From NCBI GenBank assembly GCA_002269645.1, contig NIVC01000991.1:186001-250000 (forward strand): a DNA stretch of 64,000 nt. Direction: 5' to 3'. Shown here piece after piece: positions 22,020-34,612 of the stretch. Every line of letters begins with the position of its first letter. Position 1 is the first letter of the stretch. The translations under genes were made by a program, and so were the position numbers. The stretch is from Macrostomum lignano. Taxonomy: Eukaryota. The notes beneath the pieces are model-generated. The model was not told the DNA's origin. It did no database searches and saw only the letters and a list, made by a program, of their open reading frames with translations.

Positions 22020-25000
22020 TGACATGACGCTTCTTTTATTCTTCCATGACGCTTCTATGATTTCTCAAATGACACTTCCATTAGTTTTTATATGAGGCTT
22101 CTTCTATGATCTTTTGATGACGCTTCTATGATTGTTTACATGACGCTTCTATGATTGTTTGCATGACGCTTTTATGATTTTTACATGACGCTTCTATAAT
22201 TGTTTGCATGACGCTTCTATGATTTTTACATGACGATTCTATGATTGTTTACATGACGCTTCTATGATTGTTTACATGACGCTTCTATGATTTTTTACAT
22301 GACACTTCTATGATTGTTTACATGACGCTTCTATGATTGTTTGCATGACGCTTCTATGATTTTTTCATGACGCTTTTATGATTGTTTACATGACGCTTCT
22401 ATGATTTTTACATGACGCTTCTATGATTGCTACAAGACGCTTCTATGATTTTTTGCATGACGCTTCTATAATTTTTTCATGACGCTTTTATGATTGTTTA
22501 CATGACGCTTCTATGATTTTTACATGACGCTTCTATGATTGCTACAAGACGCTTCTATGATTTTTTGCATGACGCTTCTATGATTTTTTCATGTCGCTTC
22601 TATGATTTTTACATGACGCTTCTATGATTGTTTACAAGACGCTTCTATAATTTTTTACATGACGCTTCTATGATTTTTATATGACGCTTCTACGATTTTT
22701 TACATGACGCTTCTATGATTGTTTACATGACGCTTCTATGATTTTTTACATGACGCTTCTATGATTGTTTATATGACGCTTCTATGATTTTTTACATGAC
22801 GCTTCTATGATTGTTTACATGACGCTTCTATGATTGTTTACATGACGCTTCTATGATTTTTACATGACGCTTCTATGATTTTTTCATGACGCTTCTATGA
22901 TTTTTACATGACGCTTCTACGATTGTTTGCCTGACGCTTCTATGATTGTTTGCATGACGCTTCTATGATTGTTTACATGACGCTTCTATGATTTTTACAT
23001 GACGCTTCTATGATTGTTTACATGACGCTTCTATGATTGTTTATATGACGCTTCTTGATTTTTACATGACGCTTCTATGATTGTTTACATGACGCTTCTA
23101 TGATTTTTTACATGACGCTTCTATGATTGTTTACATGACGCTTCTATGATTGTTTACATGACGCTTCTATGATTTTTTTAATGACGCTTCTATGATTTTT
23201 ACATGACGCTTCTATGATTGTTTACATGACGCTTCTATGATTTTTACATGACGCTTTTATATTTTTACATGACGCTTCTATGATTTTTTCATGACGCTTT
23301 ATGATTGTTTACATGACGCTTCTATGATTGTTTACATGACGCTTCTATGATTGTTTACATGACGCTTCATGATTGTTTACATGACGCTTCTATGATTTTT
23401 ACATGACGCTTCTATGATTGTTTACATGACGCTTCTATGATTGTTTACATGACGCTTCAGTGATTGTTTACATGACGCTTCTATGATTTTTTACATGACG
23501 CTTCTATGATTGTTTACATGACGCTTCATGATTGTTTACATGACGCTTCTATGATTGTTTACATGACGCTTCTATGATTGTTTACATGACGCTTCTATGA
23601 TTGTTTACATGACGCTTCTATGATTGTTTATATGACGCTTCTATGATTTTTTAAAGACGCTTCTATGATTGTTTATATGACGCTTCTATGATTTTTTTAA
23701 ATGACGCTTCTATGATTTTTTACATGACGCTTCTATGATTTTTTACATGACGCTTTTATGATTGTTTACATGACGCTTCATGATTGTTTATATGACGCTT
23801 CTATGATTTTTACATGACGCTTCTATGATTGTTTACATGACGCTTCTATGATTGTTTACATGACGCTTCTATGATTGTTTATATGACGCTTCTATGATTT
23901 TTTCATGACGCTTCTATGATTGTTTACATGACGCTTTATGATTGTTTACATGACGCTTCTATGATTGTTTACATGACGCTTCTATGATTGTTTACATGAC
24001 GCTTCTATGATTGTTTACATGACGCTTCTATGATTTTTACATGACGCTTCTATTATTTTTACATGACGCTTCTATGATTGTTTACATGACGCTTCTATGA
24101 TTGTTTACATGACGCTTCTATGATTTTTACATGACGCTTCTATGATTGTTTACATGACGCTTCTATGATTGTTTACATGACGCTTCATGATTGTTTACAT
24201 GACGCTTCTATGATTTTTACATGACGCTTCTATGATTGTTTACATGACGCTTCATGATTGTTTACATGACGCTTCTATGATTGTTTACATGACGCTTCAT
24301 GATTGTTTACATGACGCTTCTATGATTGTTTACATGACGCTTCTATGATTGTTTACATGACGCTTCTATGATTGTTTACATGACGCTTCTATGATTGTTT
24401 ATATGACGCTTCTATGATTGTTTACATGACGCTTCTATGATTGTTTATATGACGCTTCTATGATTTTTTAATGACGCTTCTATGATTTTTTACATGACGC
24501 TTCTATGATTTTTACATGACGCTTTTATGATTGTTTACATGACGCTTCATGATTGTTTATATGACGCTTCGATGATTTTTACATGACGCTTCTATGATTG
24601 TTTACATGACGCTTCTATGATTGTTTACATGACGCTTCTATGATTGTTTATATGACGCTTCTATGATTTTTTCATGACGCTTCTATGATTGTTTACATGA
24701 CGCTTTTGATTGTTTACATGACGCTTCTATGTTGTTTACATGACGCTTCTATGATTGTTTACATGACGCTTCATGATTGTTTACATGACGCTTCTATGAT
24801 TTTTACATGACGCTTCTATGATTGTTTACATGACGCTTCTATGATTGTTTACATGACGCTTCTATGATTGTTTACATGACGCTTCTATGATTTTTACATG
24901 ACGCTTCTATGATTGTTTACATGACGCTTCTATGATTTTTACATGACGCTTCTATGATTGTTTACATGACGCTTCTATGATTGTTTATATGACGCTTCTA

Positions 25001-25570
25001 TGATTGTTTATATGACGCTTCTATGATTTTTTTAAATGACGCTTCAATGATTGTTTATATGACGCTTCTATGATTTTTTTAAATGACGCTTCTATGATTG
25101 TTTACATGACGCTTCTATGATTGTTTACATGACGCTTCTATGATTGTTTATATGACGCTTCTATGATTTTTTCATGACGCTTTTATGATTTTTACATGAC
25201 GCTTCTATGATTGTTTACATGACGCTTCAATGATTGTTTACATGACGCTTCTATGATTTTTTCATGACGCTTTTATGATTTTTACATGACGCTTCAATGA
25301 TTGTTTACATGACGCTTCTATGATTGTTTATATGACGCTTCTTTGATTTTTACATGACGCTTCTATGATTGTTTGCATGACGCTTCTATGATTTTTTACA
25401 TGACGCTCCTATGATTGTTTACATGACGCTTCTATGATTGTTTACATGACGCTTCTATGATTTTTTTAAAAGACGCTTCTATGATTTTTACATGACGCTT
25501 TTATGATTTTTGACATGACGCTTCTATGATTTTCACATGACGCTTCTATGATTTTTACATGACGCTTCTT
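22020..25570. repeat. Minisatellite family D, ~3.5 kb
   Basis: Direct tandem repeat. Confidence 0.95.
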
Positions 25571-25636
25571 TTTAAAAAGTCTTTTAGTTTTCCTGACGTT
25601 GAAAAGCTTTAATTAAAAAAATTATACTCTATGAAA

Positions 25637-25695
25637 ATTCGAACCACCGTCGCTGCATTTAGCAGTTCAGTTTGTTCACCTCTAGGCTAGCTCTC
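25637..25695 (-). other. tRNA-like module capping array D
   Basis: Plus ATTCGAACCACCGTCGCTGCATTTAGCAG...CTAGGCTAGCTCTC. Confidence 0.55.
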
Positions 25696-26399
25696 ATCGT
25701 TTTGATAACATCAACACTTATATAATTCAACACTTTAAAATCCAAGCATAGAGTAAATCACACGAAGCAGTTATGACATAATCAGTTTCTCAGTCAGTCA
25801 GTATCAGTTAACAATTATGGTTACGCAATTTAAATCAAGTCTGTGCTACGCTTCCACACTGCATTTTCAATTCAAGTCGGAGTTACAATTCAGTTATGAT
25901 GCAATCTATTTCAGAATCAGAATTCAAGTCAGTTTTTTCTCTAGCATTCTTACAATGCATTTCAAGTCGAAAAGTTTGCTTGACCTTTGCAAAAAAGCAT
26001 GTTTTTCGAATATTTAATGCCTTTAGCATCGAGCAATTTCTTAGCCACGATGCATGTACCGTCACGGGAAAATTTCTGATCGAACAGTGCAAGTCTCATA
26101 AAAATCGGTTAAGCCATTTTTTCTCTAATCGATTACAAGCAAGCAAGATTTTCATTTTTAGTATATTGGACTAGCAATCTAGTGCGGCCCCCCTTCGGGG
26201 CGCCCAATAAGAAAGGAGCAAAAATAGTTCATGGAAAACAATAAAAAAACACATTTTCTTAAACACTAATTCCTTCTTCACATTTTAAAAATCACCTTAT
26301 TCGTGTAAAATTGTCACGGACTAAGATGTTTGCAAAATTAAAAAATCACTTTTTCTCTAAAATTAACAAACAGTCAACAAAATATCGTTTCCCTAAATA

Positions 26400-28850
26400 G
26401 AAAATATTCCCAAGACAGCAAGCAACCCCCTCCAAAAGTGAACAATCGCAGATAGCAAGCATCCTCTAATGCTCATAGCAAGAATCACCACAGATAGCAA
26501 GCATCTGCAGATTAGCAAGCACCCCCCAGATATTATAGAAGCATCCACCCAGATAGCAAGCATTCTGCAGATAGCAAGCACCCCCAGATATTATAGAAGC
26601 ATTCTGCAGATAGCAAGCACCCCCCAGATATTATAGAAGCATCCTGCAGATAGCAAGCATCCTGCAGATAGCAAGAATCCCTAAATAGCAAGCATCCTGC
26701 AGATAGCAAGAATCCCTGAATAGCAAGAATCCCTGGATAGAAAGAATCCCATGCATGTAGCCAGTACCCCCTCTCCCAAATAGCAAGTATCCCCCCTCGA
26801 GAGCAAGCATCCACGAGACAGCAAGTAGCTAGTGCAAATGTTACTTCCGCTAATGCAATAATCGCTTTCTCAGGTTGTGCAACAATCCACGTCTCAGCGA
26901 GCGCAATAATCTCTTTTTTAGACAGCGCAGTAATCAGCTTCTCAGCTAGTGCAATAATCCTTGGTTTATTAATAGCAATAATCCTTGATTAATCAAGTGC
27001 AATAATCCTTGGTTTATCAAGTGCAATAATCCTTGGTTTATCAAGTGCAGTAATCTTTGGCTTATAAAGTGCAATAATCCTTGGTTTATCAAGTGCAATA
27101 ATCCTTTGTTTATCAAGTGCAATAATCCTTGGTTTATCAAGTGCAATAATCCTTGGTTTATTAAGTGCAATAATCCTTGGTTTATTAAGTGCAATAATCC
27201 TTGGTTTATCTAGCGCAGTAATCCTTGGCTTATCAGGTGCAATAATCCTTGGTTTATCAAGTGCAATATTTGTTTATCAAGTGCAATAATCCTTGGTTTA
27301 TCAAGTGAAATAATCCTTGGTTTATCAAGTGCAATAATCCTTGGCTTATCAACTGCAATAATCCTTGGTTTATCAAGCGCAGTAATCTTTGGCCTATCAA
27401 GTGCAATAATCCTTGGTTTATCAAGTGCAGTAATCCTTGGCCTATCAAGTGCAATAATCCTTGGTTTATCAAGTGCAATAATCCTTGGTTTATCAAGTGT
27501 AATAATCCTTGGTTTATCAAGTGCAATAATCCTTGGCTTATCAAGTGCAATAATCCTTGGTTTATCAAGTGCAATAATCCTTGGTTTATCAGATGCAATA
27601 ATCCTTGGCTTATCAACTGCAATAATCCTTGGTTTATCAAGTGCAATAATCCTTGGCTTATCAAGTGCAATAATCCTTGGTTTATCAAGTGCAATAATCC
27701 TTGGTTTATCAAGCGCAGTAATCTTTGGCCTATCAAGTGCAATAATCCTTTGTTTATCAAGTGCAATAATCCTTGGTTTATCAAGTGCAATAATCTTTGG
27801 TTTATCAGATGCAATAATCCTTGGCTTATCAACTGCAATAATCATTGGTTTATCAAGTGCAATAATCCTTGGCTTATCAAGTGCAATAATCCTTGGATTA
27901 TCAAGTGCAATAATCCTTGGTTTATCAAGCGCAGTAATTTTTGGCCTATCAAGTGCAATAATCCTTGGTTTATCAAGTGCAGTAATCCTTGGCCTATCAA
28001 GTGCAATAATCCTTGGTTTATCAAGTGCAATAGTCTTTGGTTTATCGAGTGCAGTAATCCTTAGTTTTCCAAGTGCAGTAATCCTTGGTTTATTAAGAGC
28101 AATAATCCTTGGTTTATCGAGTGGAGTAGTCCTTGATTTATTAATATCAATAATCCTTGAATAATCCAGTGCATTAATCCTTGGCTTATCAAGTGCAACA
28201 TTCTTTACTATCAAGTGCAATAATCCATGGCTTATCAAGTGCAATAATCCTTGGCTTATCAAGTGCAATAATCCTTGGTTTATCAAGTGCAATAATCCTT
28301 TGTTTATCAAGTGCAATAATCCTTTGTTTATCAAGTGCAATAATCCTTTGTTTATCAAGTGCAATAATCCTTGGTTTATCAAGCGCAGTAATCCTTGGCT
28401 TATCAAGTGCAATAATCCTTGGTTTATCAAGTGCAATAATCCTTGGTTTATCAAGCGCAGTAATCTTTGGCCTATCAAGTGCAATAATCCTTGGTTAATC
28501 AAGTGCAGTAATCCTTGGCCTATCAAGTGCAATATTCCTTGGTTTATCAAGTGCAATAGTCCTTGGTTTATCGAGTGCAGTAATCCTTGGTTTTCCAAGT
28601 GCAATAATCCTTGGCTTCCTGAGTGCAGTAATCCTTGGTTTGCCAAGAGCAATAGTCCTTGGTTTATCGAGTGCAGTAATCCTTGGTTTTCCAAGTGCAG
28701 TAATCCTTGGTTTATTAATAGCAATAATCCTTGGCTTCTTGAGTGCAGTAATCCTTGGTTTGCCAAGAGCAATAGTCCTTGGTTTATCGAGTGCAGTAGT
28801 CCTTGGTTTATTAATAGCAATAATCCTTGGCTTATCGAGTGCAGTAATCT
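26400..28850. repeat. Family A array followed by family C array (24-bp GTGCAATAATCCTTGGTTTATCAA)
   Basis: Direct tandem repeat; source of the 536-aa LDKPRIIA ORF. Confidence 0.95.
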
Positions 28851-28922
28851 AAGTGTTTTTATTTAGTCCTTTAATAAAACCTTTTAATAAAAAAATTTAC
28901 ACTACTACTTTTAAACTACTTA

Positions 28923-28981
28923 GATTCGAACCTAGGTCGCTGCATTAGCAGTCTGGTCTGTTCAGCTCTAGGCTAGCTCTC
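28923..28981 (-). other. tRNA-like module capping array C
   Basis: Near-identical to 16837-16895. Confidence 0.6.
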
Positions 28982-30118
28982 ATCGAAGTTATCAGTGATG
29001 TTGTACCACTTATATAATTCAACACTCACACCAAGTCAGGTAGAGTAAAAAGTCTCACGAAGCAGTTATGACATAATCAATTTCTTAGGCAAGTCAGTAC
29101 CAGTGTCTATGAAAGTTTACAATATGGTTACGTAATATAAATTCAGTACTGCGCTATGCTTTCACACTCAAAGCTGTGACGCAATTCAATTGAGTGTCAA
29201 ATTCAGCCAGTACACAGACGATAAATAAAGTGTATTGTGATGCAATCTATTTCAGAATCAGAATTCAACCAGTCAGTTTTTCTGCTAGCATTCTTACAAT
29301 GCATTTCAAGTCAAAAGAGCTGCTTGACCTTTGCAAAAAAGCATGTTTTTCGAATATTTAATCCCTTTAGCATCAAGCAATTTCTTAGCCACGATGCATG
29401 TACCGTCACAGAAAAATTTCTGATCGAACAGTGCAAGTTCGAAGAAAATCGGTTGAGCCGTTTTTGCTAAAATCGATCACACACACACACATACACACAC
29501 ACACATACCGACAGACCATTTTTAGTATATGGACTAGCTAAAGTTTTGCCCCCCTTCGGGGAGCAGAAATAATTAATATTCGTCTAATATAATATACCTT
29601 TTAGCAGGAGTACTTTAAGTGTTTTTCTTAAACTTAAGCTTAAAATAGGAATTTTTGGAGATCGTTAATAACGCATTTTAGGTAAAACAAAACTATCAAC
29701 TTTTTACAGTTTTTAGTTTAGAGCCCTGTATATGTCAACGTGTTTGATAAAAATTATTTTTATCATTTTTGATAAAAAATGGCCTTCGGGTGGCCAATAA
29801 GCAAGGGACGAATCCTTTTAAATGAAAAAAAATTCTTAGGGAGGGGGGCTAGGAATCGAATTCTCATTTTAATTCCAGGCTTATGTACCAATAAAACATG
29901 TTTGTGCAGAATTTTATAACAGACATTGAAATTCAACCATACTTGCCTTCTTTCAGAGCTACTTCTACCAGTATGCTTCAGTACGCTACCAGTACCCTTG
30001 TAAGCCTTGACATGTCAGCAATCCCCCCCCACAAGCCTTAACATATCAACTCCCCCCTTGACATCTCAGCAATGCTCCCACAAGCCTTGAAATCTTAAAA
30101 AATCTGTCTACTTTCTAA

Positions 30119-30154
30119 CCCTAACCCTAACCCTAACCCTAACCCTAACCCTAA
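30119..30154 (+). repeat. Interstitial telomeric repeat (CCCTAA)6
   Basis: Direct reading. Confidence 0.95.
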
Positions 30155-31004
30155 AGCATTGAAATTTCAGTAATTCTCTCTAAGAGTCTATAGCACTACT
30201 ACAGCATTATAGCGATTCCCTGCAAGCCTCGACATCGTAGGGATTCCCAAATGAATCTCTTAACTTTGACATGAAGCTTTTTTTTTTACATTACGCTTTT
30301 TCTATCAGCGATCCCTCCCGTGAGGAGCCAACAAATAATGTAATAACTTTTTTCCAATAAACTACATGTAGCTTCTGACATTAGCCTTGACATCTCATTT
30401 ATTCCCCCGTGAGCCTTGACATCTCAGCTATAGATAGATAGATAGATTCCCCTCGTAAGCCTTGACATGTCAGCGATGCCCCCATAAACCTTGAAATCTA
30501 AAAAATCCCCTGTTAACCTTGAAACGCGCTAAAATCTAACCCTCAACCCAAACCTGACGTAAACCTAACTTTCACCCAACCTAAAGCCTTGAAATCACAG
30601 CAATTCTTCTTCCCTAAGCCTTGGCATTTAAGTGATTCCTTCTTTAAGAATCACAGCACTATAACGATTCCCTCCAAGCTTTGACATCGTAGCAATTCCC
30701 AAATGAATCTTTTAACTTTGACATGACTTTTATTTTATGTATACATAGTGCTCCTTTTATTTTTACATGACTCTTCTTCTATCAGCGCCCCCCCCCCACC
30801 GTGGCAAGCCAACAAAGAATGCAATAAAAAACTTAAGTAAAGTACATGTACTTTGAAGTAGCTTCTGACTTTTGCTTTAACATCTCAGAAACCCCCCTGT
30901 AATCTCAGTTATTCTCTGTGAGCCTTGACGTCTCAGTAATTCTCCCCAGCACAGCACTGTACTATAGCTTCATTTAATTTTTATATGACATTTCTTTCAT
31001 GTCT

Positions 31005-33810
31005 GACATGACGCTTCTTTTGATTTTTACGTTACGCTTCTTTTATTCTTCCATGATGCTTCTTAATTTTTTAAATGACACACTTTCATTAGTTTTTATA
31101 TGAGGCTTCTATAATTTTTTCATGACGCTTCTATGCTTGTTTACATGACGCTTGTATGATTTTTACATGACGCTTCTATGATTGTTTACATGACGCTTGT
31201 ATGATTGTTTACATGACGCTTCTATGATTTTTTACATGACGCTTTTATGATTTTTACATGACGCTTCTATGATTTTTTACATGACGCTTCTATGATTTTT
31301 ACATGACGCTTCTATGATTTTTACATGACGCTTCTATGATTTTTACATGACGCTTCTATGATTTTTACATGACGCTTCTATGATTTTTTACATGACGCTT
31401 CTATGATTGTTTACATGACGCTTCTATGATTGTATACATGACGCTTCTATGATTGCTTGCATGACGCTTCTATGATTTTTTATGACGCTTTTATGATTTT
31501 AACATGACGCTTCTATGATTTTTTTACATGACGCTTCTATTATTGTTTACATGACGCTTGTATGATTGTTTACATGACGCTTTTATGATTTTAACATGAC
31601 GCTTCTATGATTGTTTACATTACGCTTCTATGATTTTTACATGACGCTTCTATGATTTTTACATGACGCTTCTATGATTGTTTACATGACGCTTCTATGA
31701 TTGTTTACATGACGCTTGTATGATTGTTTACATGACGCTTCCATAATTTTTTTGTCTTGGCGTTAAAAGGCTTTAATTAAAAAAACTCTACTCTCTAAAA
31801 ATTCGAACCATCGTCCCTGCATTTAGCAGTTTAGTCTGTTTACCTCTAGGCTAGCTCTCATGAATTTTAGTCATTACCCCTAAATAGAAAATATTCCCAA
31901 GACAGCAAGCATCCCCCCAGTAGCAAGCATCCCCTAATACTCCTAGCAAGCATCCACCCAGATAGCAAGCATCTGCAGATAGCAAGCATCTTGCAGATAG
32001 CAAGCATCTTGCAGATAGCAAGCATACCCCAAATAATGTAGAAGCATCCTTCCAGATAGCAAGCATCCTGCACATAGCAAGAATCCCTAAATAGCAAGCA
32101 TCCCTGGATAGAAATAATCCTATACATGTAGCCAAGCTTATCAAGCGCAGTAATCCTTGGCTATCGAGTGCAGTAATCCTTGGTTTATTAATAGCAATAA
32201 TCCATGGCTTATCGAGTGCAGTAATCCTTGGTTTATTAATAGCAATAATCCTTGGCTTATCGAGTGCAGTAATTCATGGTTTATCAATAGCAATAATCCT
32301 TGGCTTATCGAGTGCAGTAATCCTTGGTTTATTAATAGCAATAATCCATGCCTTATCGAGTGCAGTAATCCTTGGTTTATTAATAGCAATAATCCTTGGC
32401 TTATCGAGTGCAGTAATCCTTGGTTTATTAATAGCAATAATCCATGGCTTATCGAGTGCAGTAATCCTTGGTTTGCCAAGAGCAATAGTCCTTGGCTTAT
32501 CGAGTGCAGTAATCCTTGGTTTGCCAAGAGCAATAGTCCTTGGTTTATTGAGTGCAGTAATCCTTGGTTTATTAATAGCAATAGTCCTTGGTTTATTGAG
32601 TGCAGTAATCCTTGGTTTATTAATAGCAATAATCCTTGGCTTATCGAGTGCAGTAATCCTTGGTTTATTAATAGCAATAATCCTTGGTTTATCGAGTGCA
32701 TTAATCCTTGGTTTATTAATAGCAATAATCCTTGGCTTATCGAGTGCAGTAATCCTTGGTTTATTAATAGCAATAATCCTTGGCTTATCGAGTGCAGTAA
32801 TCCTTGGTTTGCCAAGAGCAATAATCCTTGGTTTTTTGAGTGCAGTAATCCTTGGTTTATTAATAGCAATAATCCTTGGCTTATCGAGTGCAGTAATCCT
32901 TGGTTTATTAATAGCAATAATCCTTGGTTTATCGAGTGCATTAATCCTTGGTTTATTAATAGCAATAATCCTTGGCTTATCGAGTGCAGTAATCCTTGGT
33001 TTATTAATAGCAATAATCCTTGGTTTATCGAGTGCATTAATCCTTGGTTTATTAATAGCAATAATCCTTGGCTTATCGAGTGCAGTAATCCTTGGTTTAT
33101 TAATAGCAATAATCCTTGGCTTATCGAGTGCAGTAATCCTTGGTTTGCCAAGAGCAATAGTCCTTGGTTTTTTGAGTGCAGTAATCCTTGGTTTATTAAT
33201 AGCAATAATCCTTGGCTTATCGAGTGCAGTAATCCTTGGTTTATTAATAGCAATAATCCTTGGTTTATCGAGTGCAGTAATCCTTGGTTTATTAATAGCA
33301 ATAATCCATGGCTTATCGAGTGCAGTAATCCTTGGTTTATTAATAGCAATAATCCATGGCTTATCGAGTGCAGTAATCCTTGGTTTGCCAAGAGCAATAG
33401 TCCTTGGCTTATCGAGTGCAGTAATCCTTGGTTTGCCAAGAGCAATAGTCCTTGGTTTATTGAGTGCAGTAATCCTTGGTTTATTAATAGCAATAGTCCT
33501 TGGCTTATCGAGTGCAGTAATCCTTGGTTTATTAATAGCAATAGTCCTTGGCTTATCGAGTGCAGTAATCCTTGGTTTATTAATAGCAATAATCCTTGGC
33601 TTATCGAGTGCAGTAATTCATGGTTTATTAATAGCAATAATCCTTGGCTTATCGAGTGCAGTAATCCTTGGTTTATTAATAGCAATAATCCATGGCTTAT
33701 CGAGTGCAGTAATCCTTGGTTTATTAATAGCAATAGTCCTTGGTTTATCGAGTGCAGTATTCCTTGGTTTGCCAAGAGCAATAATCCTTAGCTTATCGAG
33801 TGCAGTAATC
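31005..33810. repeat. Arrays D (31005-31740), A (31885-32110) and C (32140-33810), with tRNA-like modules at 31801-31859 and 33884-33942
   Basis: Same order and spacers as in unit 13027-17434. Confidence 0.9.
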
Positions 33811-34612
33811 TAAGTGTTTTTATTTAGTCCTTTAATAAAAGCTTTTAATAAAAAATTTTACACTACTACTTTTAAACTACTTAGATTCGAACCCAGGTCG
33901 CTGCATTAGCAGTCTGGTCTGCTCAGCTCTAGGCTAGCTCTCATCGAAGTTATCAGTGAATTTGTACCACTTATATAATTAATTCAACACTCACACCAAG
34001 TCAGGTAGAGTAAAAAGTCACGCGAAGCAGTTATGACATAATCAATTTCTTAGGCAAGTCAGTACCAGTGTCTATGAAAGTTAACAATATGGTTACGTAA
34101 TATAAATTCAGTACTGCACTATACTTTCACCCTCAAAGCTGTGACGCAATTCAATTGAGTGTCAAATTCAGCCAGTACACAGACGATAAATAAAGTGTAT
34201 TGTGATGCAATCTATTTCAGAATCAGAATTCAACCAGTCAGTTTTTCTGCTAGCATTCTTACAATGCATTTCAGGTCGAAAGAGCTGCTTGACCTTTGCA
34301 AAAAATCATGTTTTTCGAATATTTAATCCCTTTAACATTGAGCAATTTCTTAGCCAATATGCATGTACCGTCCCGGGAAAATTTCTGATCGAATGGTGCA
34401 AGTTTGAAGAAAATCGGTGGAGCCGTTCGGGAGAAAATCAATTACAAGCAAGCAACCAAGCATTTCATTTTTAGTATATTAGAATTCATTTTCATATTAG
34501 TTGATCATGATCAAAATGTTGAGACACTCATAAAAAGTAAACTTTGCTGCAACTGATGCACAATGAAACAAATAGCCATTGAGATGATTATAGCTTATGC
34601 AAAATAACGAGT

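Larger units (their letters stand above)
13027..34494 (+). mobile_element. Head-to-tail array of about six related non-autonomous rolling-circle-like (Helentron/HINE-like) elements
   Basis: Units ~13027-17434, 17435-20895, 20896-26170, 26171-29533, 29534-29780 (short), 29782-34494. Junctions read TTTTAGTATA(T)(A/T)GGA-CTAGC...GCCCCCC(T/G)TT(C/G)GGGG; each full unit ends in a shared ~400-bp tail with AAATCGGTT(C/G)AGCC and a microsatellite. Confidence 0.7.

Noticed and set aside
22020-25570. Regular repeat arrays as possible CRISPR
   Set aside because: Contiguous monomers without unique spacers, no cas genes, eukaryotic context.
27210-33813. 446-546-aa ORFs (LLLINQGLLH, IECSNPWF, LDKPRIIA)
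   Set aside because: 24-bp monomers open in several frames on both strands and repeated in multiple element copies; not LRR proteins.
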